From Toensbergia leucococca (lineage: Eukaryota), in NCBI GenBank assembly GCA_022813965.1, contig JALDZS010000046.1:124001-144583 (forward strand): a DNA stretch of 20,583 nt, given 5' to 3'. The notes beneath the pieces are model-generated. The model ran no database searches, had not been told where the DNA came from, and saw only the letters and a program-made list of their open reading frames with translations. Both the position numbers and the translations under genes were made by a program. Below, in pieces: positions 1 through 9,053 of this stretch; position 1 is the first letter of the stretch; every line of letters begins with the position of its first letter.

Positions 1-1
1 T

Positions 2-463
2 GTTAGCGCTTTCCTGAGGATTGGTAGACAGTGATTGTAACGCTAAATCGATTTCATCCAGACCAGATGTATTGTGTGCAATGGACGTCGCGTGTTCTTC
101 ATCTTCCCTCTTTGCATGCGGTTTTTTGTTTTTCTTCTTTTTCCGGGGCTTTGTTTTGCTTTTCACCTTCGCTGATGGTGTTGGATAATCAATTGTTTGA
201 ACAGTCGCTTTGCCATTAGGGGAGACTTTTGGTTCCAGAGAGTGCACCGAGTCGTCATCTTCATTACCACCTTCATCATTTCCGTTGAGCATGTCAAAAG
301 CGTTCACTATCTTGGTAAGCGGAGCCCCGCCCTCGTCGGATGCAGCGTCATCTTGTGACTCATCTCCTTGAGGCTCGTCCTCGTGAAGCTTTTTGAGCTG
401 TTGCTGTTGCTGTTGCTGCTGCTCTTGCTCTCTTTGCAATCTACGCAAGGCTCTGGAGGACAT
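2..463 (-). CDS. RQC1: Ribosome quality control complex subunit Rqc1 / TCF25 family, 5' part (continues beyond window start)
   Basis: Manual translation from ATG at 463 is open to the window edge: MSSRALRRLQREQE-Q8-LKKLHEDE...VNAFDMLNG...KPRKKKKNKKP...GLDEIDLALQSLS. The MSSRALRRL start, NAFxxL motif, polybasic tract and DEIDxAL motif are typical of Rqc1/TCF25. Absent from the ORF track because there is no stop inside the window. Confidence 0.88.
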   Translation of the reverse strand, partial: MSSRALRRLQREQEQQQQQQQQLKKLHEDEPQGDESQDDAASDEGGAPLTKIVNAFDMLNGNDEGGNEDDDSVHSLEPKVSPNGKATVQTIDYPTPSAKVKSKTKPRKKKKNKKPHAKREDEEHATSIAHNTSGLDEIDLALQSLSTNPQESAN

Positions 464-674
464 GACCCTAAGCCTTTTCTCGCAGTAGATTGTAGCTGTG
501 TTGCTTGAGGTCTCGGTGTAGCTATTCGAAGGGAGTCAAATTGTTTGCAGATATTTAAGGCCGTGGGGCCAATATGACGCAGAGATATGACTTACCTTAC
601 TGTAGATGATGTGTGATTTAAGGTTATCAGATTAGATTACGAGTACGGATAGATTGTCCTCTTTTAGCTCAAGT

Positions 675-683
675 GCACGTGAC
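675..683 (-). promoter_or_regulatory. Cbf1/bHLH-type E-box GTCACGTG in the RQC1-PTC5 divergent promoter
   Basis: GCACGTGAC on + equals GTCACGTGC on -, matching RTCACGTG. It lies in the 476-bp head-to-head interval 464-939. Confidence 0.4.
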
Positions 684-699
684 ACATCAAATGCAGTCA

Positions 700-723
700 C
701 AGTCAGTCAGTCAGTCAGTCAGT
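700..723 (+). repeat. (CAGT)6 tetranucleotide microsatellite
   Basis: Six perfect CAGT units read directly from the sequence. Confidence 0.95.
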
Positions 724-939
724 GGACTCGATTCAAATCAAAGGGTGTTGAATGTACAAGGTTGTGAAGAGGTGAGGTTAACTCAAGTTCGTATTTCAGA
801 CCTTGATGTTTCCTGATTCGTTGCTGACCTGGCCTGAACTCAGTCCTCCGCACTATTAAAATCTAGATAGCACGCATCATCATCTTTACTCTCTCACCTC
901 TCGGAAGATTGAGTCTCAAGAGAATTTCAACGCCACCCG

Positions 940-2918
940 ATGCGTCGAGCAGCTATTCGAGCTTTTCGTACTGCTCGACTAAGTCCAGTGCGCAAATTCC
1001 TAAGCTCCAAGGGCTTTCCGGCTTCGTCAGCAAGCAACGCACTGGGACTGCATCCATTGATCCCCTCGTCGAAACAGAATGCTTCACTTCATCCCCTACA
1101 ATCTTCCATGTACTTCCGCAACTTTTCTGTAGCCTTGGTGTCTGCCTTGGTTGGCTCGGGAGCTTGGTATACTTACAAAGGAACTTTATCCGAATCTAGA
1201 AGTCTGACAAACACGACTGCTTTGGATGAAGGATTGGTAGCAAGTGTGCAAAAGAATCCTACCTCAGCCTCGCATTTGGAATACACATCAACTATTGCTT
1301 CTCCTGCAATTGGGAGCGTTGTTGAAGCTATAGCACCCGAGACAAGTCGGAGGACATTGGTTGTGGAAAACGATCAATTCTATACTGCCGAACTATTAGA
1401 AGACGAACCTCTCACTAAAGAAAGCGAAGACGATGGTCATAAGGTCCTAGAGATGATGACCCCAGACCAAGCCACGCAGCACCTTCGCCGGAATGAGGAA
1501 TCTTATCTAGTTGGCCGGGGGGAGGGAGTCGTCCGGTATGATGTCGTACAAATAGCGAGCAATAGCCCTATCGAAGACGACCATGCAGAAAAGATAATTG
1601 AGAGGCCGCAGAATGTCACCGTAACACCAGATGGATCATCGAGTAGCGATTGGATGTTCTGGGGTGTATTTGACGGGCATAGGTATTGAGAATATTGGAA
1701 TTTCTTTGTCTAGGCGTCACTAACCTATACAGCGGATGGACTACTTCTGCAAAGCTTCGACAGGTTCTCATCTCATTCGTAGCCCGAGAATTAAACACAA
1801 CCTACAAATCTGCCCTCGCCTTTCCCGCCCCAGAATCCATCGACGCCGCCATAAAAAAGGGCTTCCTCCGCCTCGACCACGAAATCATCCACGAAAGTCT
1901 CGACAAAGTCTTCAAAGCAAACTCCAAACGTGCAGCAGCCGAACTCCTCGCCCCCGCTTTATCCGGCTCTTGCGCCCTCCTTTCCTTCTACGACTCCAAG
2001 TCCAAACTCCTCCGCGTAGCCTGCACAGGTGACTCCAGAGCCGTTCTGGGCCGCAAAGGCGCCAGCGGAAAATGGACAGCTACAGCTCTTTCAGAAGACC
2101 TCACTGGCGGAACCCCCTCGGAAATGGAACGTCTCCGCCGAGAACACCCAGGCGAAGAATATGTCACCCGCAATGGTCGAATCCTAGGCGGACTGGAGCC
2201 CAGTCGCGCCTTTGGCGACTCCTCCTACAAATGGAGCAAGGAAATTCAAGACCGTATCAAAAAGAATTTCTTTGGAAAAACCCCCTCGATGCTGTTGAAA
2301 ACACCCCCCTACGTCACCGCCGAACCGGTCGTTACTACGACAAAAGTCGAGCCGGAAAATGGCGACTTTGTCGTCATGGCGACGGATGGGTTATGGGAGA
2401 TGCTCACTAACGAAGAAGTCGTCGGCCTCGTTGGCCAATGGCTGGAATCGCAGCCGAAAAGCTCCGCCAGCACAGGTGGTGGCTCTTGGGCCAAGAACTG
2501 GTTCAGCGGCATGGACACTGCGTTGCCGGTTGAAAAGCACAGCAAGACTGGGCTCGGGAGCGGAGGGCAGCGTGCGCCGGTGCGGCAGGTGCAGTGGAGT
2601 GTGCACGGCAGCGATGAGCGCTTTGTCGTCGAGGATAAGAATGCGGCCACGCACCTGGTGCGGAATGCGCTTGGAGGCAGAGATCGAGATATGGTGTGTG
2701 CGCTGCTTACGCTGCCGAGTCCGTATGCGAGACGTTATAGGTAGATAGTCCCCCGTTGCTTGGAAATTGAAGTATGAGTGTTGCCGCTGATAGCATTTCA
2801 ATACAGAGACGACCTCACGGTCGAAGTCATCTTCTTTGGCGAAGGCCCTACTACCGGGGCCGTTGTTCAGAATCCAGAAGCTAGCGCCCCGATCCCGGGG
2901 ATCAAGGCTAAGCTATGA
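940..2918 (+). CDS. PTC5: Mitochondrial PP2C-family [pyruvate dehydrogenase] phosphatase, 620 aa, ending in PTS1 AKL
   Basis: Exons 940-1682, 1733-2740, 2807-2918. Introns are GTATTG..CTAAC..CAG and GTAGAT..CTGAT..CAG; spliced length 1863 nt. PP2C motifs: SNSPIEDD, WGVFDGHSG, GDSRAVLG, LEPSRAFGD, MATDGLWE, RRYRDDLTV. Arg-rich N-terminus followed by a hydrophobic segment. Confidence 0.95.
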
Positions 2919-4585
2919 TCCGTTGCCCGGTTTCTTCTTATAGATCTTCCAGCGTCCTCTATTCGTCACCTTATATCTGTAACGGCGTTGGGTGACGATC
3001 TGTTTTTTCACTTCATATATACCCCCTTTATAGGCCGGGTCGTGCGGGCGAAGAATGTTTGTCTCTGCGCAGATTCTTATCGTCCTGTTCCCGGAAGATG
3101 CTAAAGATAACATCAACATCATCAGACAATCCAATATAGATACATTCTATACTAATCCCACTGACTCCATCATACTCGGTTCTTCAACCACGCTCCCCCA
3201 ACCCCAAACACCACCTCTACCTTCCTACACACCACCACAATTCACATCCCAGACTCCATCCTCAACCCAACTTTCCCCACCCAGTACCACCATCTTTCAA
3301 TCCTTACCCAAGCCATCGCTGGGACCTTTCTTCACCTAGCCATATTAAGCGGCGAATAGGAACTACGACCTCCTGCATCAAGCTGCTCCAACAAGATCAC
3401 AAATTAGTTTCTCTTGCAGAAAAAATGCAACGTAGCCAGTCTGGAAAATTTTCATTGTCCTCTTGCAAGCCACATCGCCCCCCCCCCCGCCCCCAACAAA
3501 GCGCCCCAGCAGCATAAATTGGACAGATTCCCAAAAAAGCGCGAACACAAAACCAGCATCGGTGACTTTCCAGTCCCCACATTTTCCAAATAATCATTCT
3601 CTAACCAACCCTCTATCTACCGTTTTCCTAAAATCCGCCCTGCTAGATCTTTCTCTGGAATAGGTTTCTCTTCAAAATTTATTCCTGAGGTATTCCATCT
3701 GAAGTTTTTGTGGTCTCCCTTTTTGGCCTTTCCGAGTTGCACTTCCTTTGCCGTGCGCGATGGATATTGGGGGGTAGAGGTTCTTTTTTGGGGGGACGCT
3801 AGGGAGTTTGGGGGGTTTGGATTGGATGGGGTTGGTAGCTGGGGGGTAAGTGGGAGAGTTATGGTAGAGGGGGGGGGAGATGATGTTGATGAGGTGGAGA
3901 GTGGAGCGTGGAGGGTGAGGAATGAAATGTGCGTTTGTGGGGGGGCGGGGAGGGGGGCTGGTGAAATAGTCGCCCTTTCCCCTACCTACCTATCTATTCT
4001 ACAAGACCTTTTCTTTGACCTCACCTCACCTACCGTGATTCTTCAACCCGGAATGGGAATATTCAAACTCTTGGAACCCGTCCACATCCACTTCCCCTCC
4101 CCCTCACCTTCCTTCTCCTACCTTACTATCCAACCTAACCTTCCAAAAAAACCCCCCAGAAAAAGGCAAATGTCTCATTTTAGATTTTGAAATCTGTTTT
4201 TTGCTCCGGACGGAAGCAGGGGGGGATGCGAAAGTCGGTCAGGATGAGAGGTTAGGGGTGAGGGTGTGCGTGGTTGTGCTTTTCCTGAGATAGGATTTCA
4301 ATATAGTTGCTTAAAAAACTTTCTCAAACATATATAATCGTCGCATATACTTCTCTAACCAACTCATTCCAGCATAATTTTCACCTATAATGAATGTCTC
4401 ACCGTCTTCTTCTGCTTATTCTTCTTTCTTGATAGCACCCCCGACTAATACTCCTAGATAGGTATGATCACTGTGACTAGTACTTCTCTGCCAAAAGGCA
4501 AGTAATCAGTTCTGTGAACTATTCCCGGTAGTTCTAGTTCTAGTCGTTACCTTAAGTTTTTCGAACCGGCCTTATCCAGATGGAT

Positions 4586-5382
4586 CAAGGCTCTCAATAG
4601 TCCAGACTATTAGTCCTGAGGGTAGAATCGACTATTTAACAACCAGACTATTAGTCGGTAGTCGATTCTGAACCAAGAATCAGTCGACTAATAGTCTGAC
4701 TATTAAGACTACTAGTCCATGCCTGTTATACCCTCAGCGTCACCAAAATCTGATACAATGGTATGAAGATCCTCCTCTGTAAATATATCAAGTCGGAACC
4801 AACTCTTTAAACATTCCAATAGCTCAATGATCTCACATTTAGACTACACCATTGATCGGAAATGATATGCTTAGCCTCAGAAAACACACGTTCTGGTTCA
4901 GAAGACATCGCTGGTATGGAATAGATGTCAATAGCCATTTTGAATAAGGAAGAAAATCGATCGCGTTGTTTCAACGGAGGAGGTGATGGAACCAGCAGCG
5001 ATAGTAAAAGGGTTGATGAAAATAGTAGGAGCAGTAGAAAGGTCTTGAATTAGTATCACTATCCATGGTTGTTGATGAAAATAGATGAAAATAGATGAAT
5101 ATTTGAATGAATATATGGTAACGATGGAGCGAAAATTCAGATTTCAGAGTCAACCTAGAACAAGCCTATTCAGGTTATGATTAGGCCCATTTGGGGTGTT
5201 TACATACCTTATCAAAAACACCCCTCAAATAATTATCAATAGAATCAGTCAACTATTAGTCCTAAGAATAATCGACTACCAAAGAATCGACTACCAAAAC
5301 CAAGAATCAGACGCATTATTTAACAATCAACTACCAAAGACTGATAGTCAGCTAAATAGTCAGTTGACTATTGAGAGCCTTG
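4586..5382 (-). mobile_element. Non-autonomous hAT-superfamily DNA transposon (internal deletion derivative, 797 bp)
   Basis: Perfect 17-bp TIRs CAAGGCTCTCAATAGTC (4586-4602) and GACTATTGAGAGCCTTG (5366-5382). The 8-bp flanks AGATGGAT (4578-4585) and AGGTGAAT (5383-5390) differ by two transitions. GACTA/TAGTC subterminal arrays at both ends, and a hAT dimerization-domain remnant inside. Confidence 0.9.
4712..5066 (-). pseudogene. hAT transposase remnant: short N-terminus fused to the C-terminal dimerization domain
   Basis: Minus strand 4968-4712 reads QRDRFSSLFKMAIDIYSIPAMSSEPERVFSEAKHIISDQWCSLN-[1-nt frameshift near 4835]-EIIELLECLKSWFRLDIFTEEDLHTIVSDFGDAEGITGMD*. SIPAMSSEPERVFS is the hAT C-terminal signature. 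A likely original start is caaccATGg at 5066 (MDSDTNSRP...). Confidence 0.88.
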
Positions 5383-6378
5383 AGGTGAATTCAGACTAGT
5401 TCATCTGAATAGTACCTTATTCAGATGATTTCAGGCTACCTCAATTCATCTGAAAAGAAGTCTAAGACTAGACCTGTCTAGTCTAGTTTATTCACCTCTT
5501 AGAATGAGGACAACAAAGACTTGAATTGATCATCATCTACTACTACTCAATACGCAATAGCAATGATGAATTCACTGACATCCTCCTCATTATCTGACCC
5601 TTTGCCTTCATCCTCACGGTACTCCTCTATCACTCACCCTCAGGAGGCTTGACGTTCAACCTCCTCCCTATCTACAACGTCAACACCTTCAGAACCCTCA
5701 ACAATGCCTTCTCTCAAGCGTTGAAGGAAATACCTGACGGCGGCTCATAGGTACTCCACCCGGGATATGAAGCTCAAGTACATTCAAGAAGCAATTCAAT
5801 ATGTTGGATGAAATTTTACCGACCTGTTATCTGCACTGTCAGACAACCAAGAGGACACGAGATACCGGCAGTTCTGGTTACAGTACAGGAGGCATGCTTA
5901 CAGCAAACAGGATGGAGCAACTTTCCAAAAATTCATCAAGAATAATGGGGTTGAGGAGATGGCGCGTTATTTTCGAAAAGAGCTGGTCAGTCTGAGCAAA
6001 AGCGCGACTTCTGGTCAATTCCAAGCCCCAACTCCAGGTAGTCTGGATGGATTAGAGACAGATGGATCATTGGATTTTATGGCGGACATGACACCGATCG
6101 CCCTAGAACGTGCCCCCCACCTCATGCGCTTTTTTGGCCTGTTGAGTAAGTCGGTTCATAAAAGGGACGAGATAGATCTCAACCCGAAGTCCGCCCAATC
6201 GATATGGGCTTCGATGTGTCTTTACCTTATGGGAAAGAAGAAGTTTAATAACATACCGAAGTTATTTGGCCTCTATCTGTTGCAAAACGGGGTAAAGAAA
6301 AGGATCATTGACATAATGTCAAGCATCGGGTTCTGCACATCTTATACAACAACCCTTGAATGTCAGAAAACGCTCCGC

Positions 6379-6840
6379 AAAAGTAGGTCAGAGCGTAAGC
6401 CATCGGAGTTTCAAGAGTTTGAAGAACCCATGGGTTCAGAGGAGTCATCGGAATCTTCGGGTTCGGATTCAGAGTCATCGGAATCTTCGGGTTCGGATTC
6501 AGAGTTATCGGAATCTTTGGGTTTAGAATTAGATGGAAGCCTAGACTAGGCTTGAGCTAGATGTATAGGAGGTTTATTCATGTAACTTGGTATATATTGT
6601 CTTTAGATCTTTAGTTGTAGGATGGTTGGCTGGGCCGTAGCCCTCCCAAAAGAATGGGCTGCGTGGCATTCAGTCGACCGATAATAGGTGGGTAGGAGTG
6701 GCCTGAAGAGGTTCGACTCCTCTGCATTTGGGCGGCCGATCGGGGCCAGCGCACCTCCTCACCCAGGATATCTAGATGACGTATGTTAGCTAGGTAGACT
6801 GAAAATAAAAACAAACTTACGCCTAAAAGTAGGTCAGAGC
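6379..6840 (+). repeat. 16-bp direct repeat AAAAGTAGGTCAGAGC (6379-6394 and 6825-6840) flanking a ~430-bp insertion
   Basis: Two identical copies. Transposase-like coding similarity stops at the first copy and resumes at the second. Confidence 0.85.
6442..6531 (+). repeat. 30-bp tandem repeat, 3 copies (GAGTCATCGGAATCTTCGGGTTCGGATTCA)
   Basis: 6442-6471 and 6472-6501 are identical. 6502-6531 has 6 differences, 5 of them C>T or G>A. Confidence 0.92.
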
Positions 6841-7241
6841 AAAAATCCCTTACAGAGCGCAATCCCCTGGTTATGGGTCTTCGCACACGATAACTTTTGA
6901 CTTCTCAGAACAACCCTCCGGCGAACGACTAGGCGAGCGGTTCAAAGGGACGGCTTTTTCTTGTGGCGGAATGAATGGTGAGATTTGGTTTTTGTGTGTG
7001 TGTTTTTTTTTTGTTGGTGGGGGGGGAGGAAGGGGTTGGATCACATCCGCTTCTACCTTGGTACCGTTTACTTGACTCGGCGTCGTTTACTCGTTGCCGT
7101 TCTGATGTGGCATAGCATGATTGTACTGCAAGGAAACTGCAGTGTAGGTAGGTAGGTGGTTATTCCAGTCAGTGTCATCGAGTAACCCACCACACAAATT
7201 TCTCATTCGTGTTTTTTTGTTGATGAGGGCCTGTTTTTTTG

Positions 7242-7243
<2 letters not shown>

Positions 7244-7272
<29 letters not shown>
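7244..7272 (+). repeat. Poly-G homopolymer (29 nt) followed by CAGGGCAGGG
   Basis: Read directly from the sequence. Confidence 0.9.
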
Positions 7273-7275
<3 letters not shown>

Positions 7276-7319
7276 GGCAGGGAGATATGATATATCGTGT
7301 TGACTTTATTTTTGAAATG

Positions 7320-7907
7320 TTATAGTGGGCGGTGATATGAGAGGGGATTCATGGTAAATGATACAAGTCTAGTTGAGAGGGATTCTTTGAGCTGCGTTGC
7401 TCGTACACTCCCTCTCATGAATCTTTTTGGGACTGGGAGGAGCAGATGCTCGTCTCTGCCGGAGTGTGGCAGGGCTTTTTTGCTGGGGGTTTCGGAAGTG
7501 GATGGAGGCCGTTTTGGAGAGTTGGGAGATTTTTCCCCGGGGTCGGTGGGGGAAGGGGGTTGAGGATAGTTACTGTGTGAGTTAGGGATGGGTTGGAGGT
7601 TTGGACATGGGGAGATGAGTGGAGAAGTTTTTGGGATCTTAGATCTCGGAATGGGAGAGGGAGGTGGGATTTTAATTTGTGTGTTCTGGGGAGGAGATAA
7701 GGCGTGAGGGTGAGAGGGAGAGGGGGAGGAGGAAGAGTAAGGAGAGCGGGTAGTGGGTTGGGATGGTGTCTGTGGAATAGAATGCGATTCCTTGAGAGAA
7801 GTCGAGTTAGATGCATCCCTTGTAGCCCAGTAGGTTTCATAAGTCGGTTTTTCCCGTACACCCTTCAACGGACGGAAGAGAGACCATATTGAATAGATCT
7901 GCTGCAT
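7320..7907 (-). CDS. Possible orphan Pro/Ser-rich protein (195 aa); may be spurious or part of a decayed spliced gene
   Basis: ATG-initiated ORF, with a GCTAAC..CAG acceptor 30 nt upstream of the ATG. However, the strand is very C-rich, so long open frames are expected by chance, and no domain was recognised. Confidence 0.25.
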   Translation of the reverse strand: MQQIYSIWSLFRPLKGVREKPTYETYWATRDASNSTSLKESHSIPQTPSQPTTRSPYSSSSPSPSHPHALSPPQNTQIKIPPPSPIPRSKIPKTSPLISPCPNLQPIPNSHSNYPQPPSPTDPGEKSPNSPKRPPSTSETPSKKALPHSGRDEHLLLPVPKRFMRGSVRATQLKESLSTRLVSFTMNPLSYHRPL

Positions 7908-9053
7908 CGATTCGCCGTTAAGGTAACATCCTCGTCACTGTCGAGGGTTAGCAATGCCTGATACAGATGGCGGTGAGATTAAGATGGAGGGGGGAGAGGG
8001 TGGCGAAGTGAGGTTTTGTGACTAGGGATTTTCGATTGGTTTTTGATAGGTCAGAATAGCCCTAATGTCCTCAAAGAACTCGTTTTGGAAATATCATTGT
8101 GTATTTTGGTGGTATCTTGTGAACAGGGCTAGATGGTGTAGAAAAATTGAAGCGGTACATTTCCGGTAGATAACATGTCCCTCTGGATTACATCCGGATA
8201 CGCAGGCCAGTGAGCTGGGTTTCCTGCACGGGAAGGGAGGTGTGACTGGTGATTTAGGGAGAGAGGATTTTAGGCTTGAGAAGGGGTGGGTATGGGTGTG
8301 GGTACTGAGAAGACTGGACATCTGATATGACAGGCACTTCGGGGAATTGAAGAATGTTGGAAAGGGTGAGTGCCTGAAGAGAGCGGGTTTCATAGATGGT
8401 CGGGAGGTGCTGTGAGTAGTGTTGAATGAGAAGGACGTCTATTTGGGCGGTGGAAAGGGCCTGGAATCTGGTAGAAGATTGGAGCGGGTGATAGGACTGA
8501 AAGGCTTGGGGAAAGAAAGGGGTATTGGATACATTGCAGAGGTTCGACTTAATATTAGTGACAGCTCCAACACAAGCGTATCAATTTCGGCACTCTCCGT
8601 GTTGTGAATGCTTTTCCTTTAGGTGATTTGCCAGTCCATACCATCTTTCATCCACGCTAGTTTCCTGGATAACTTCATCGCCACTCACCCGCGTACTTCT
8701 TCATCAAGCAACACCTCAATCGACTCAGCCCTGATGCTGTGAACAGTGAGTAATCTTTGCTGCCTTTTGCACATCCAAAGACAGAAACTTATGCTTTCCT
8801 GCACAACATAAGGCTTCTGATAAAGAATTCGATAACCTCAGACACAACTCTGACCTTTCGGTCGCAAAGACACACATCGTTCTTGACGCGTCGCACAAGT
8901 TTTGTATCCACTTTCAGAGGTAATCAACAAAACAGCAGTCACAATACAATTCCAGACGAAGCAGGTAGTATACCATAAACCCTTTAAAACTCTTAAGACT
9001 GACCACTATAAGAAAACCCTTACTTATTCCAAAATCAATCCATAACAAGAAAG

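Larger units (their letters stand above)
5563..6950 (+). pseudogene. Decayed, interrupted DUF6589-type putative transposase (N-terminal part up to the first DN motif)
   Basis: ATG at 5563 is in frame with the 5959-6549 ORF but has three TGA stops (5650, 5722, 5809). It contains NNIPKLFGLYLLQNGVKKRIIDIMSSIGFCTSYTT. After the 6395-6824 insertion it resumes as KVGQSK...WVFAHDNF-[+1]-DFSEQPSGERLG. This resembles the GLYLxxxGVKRRVIxxLxxxGxxxSY...xYDNFxF pattern I recall from fungal DUF6589-containing proteins. Confidence 0.65.

Noticed and set aside
490..600. Possible 5' UTR intron of RQC1 (minus-strand GTAAGT near 595)
   Set aside because: No convincing branch point and acceptor pair was found.
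3055..4190. ORFs 3055-3339, 3463-3663, 3708-4190 and a 123-codon minus-strand open frame 3985-3617
   Set aside because: Low-complexity products of extreme C/G skew, with no recognisable domain or coherent start and splice structure.
4707..4725. CAGGCATGG (minus strand) as a second hAT-like TIR
   Set aside because: No partner was found, and it is simply the last codons (TGMD*) of the transposase remnant.
5196..5399. 67-aa ORF with RIIDYQ/RIDYQ repeats
   Set aside because: It is a translation of the hAT subterminal repeats, starts at GTG and crosses the TIR.
4590..5480. GACTA/TAGTC and TTCAGATGAA repeats as a CRISPR-like array
   Set aside because: The units are short, irregularly spaced and in mixed orientation with no unique spacers. 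The context is eukaryotic, and they are explained as transposon subterminal repeats.
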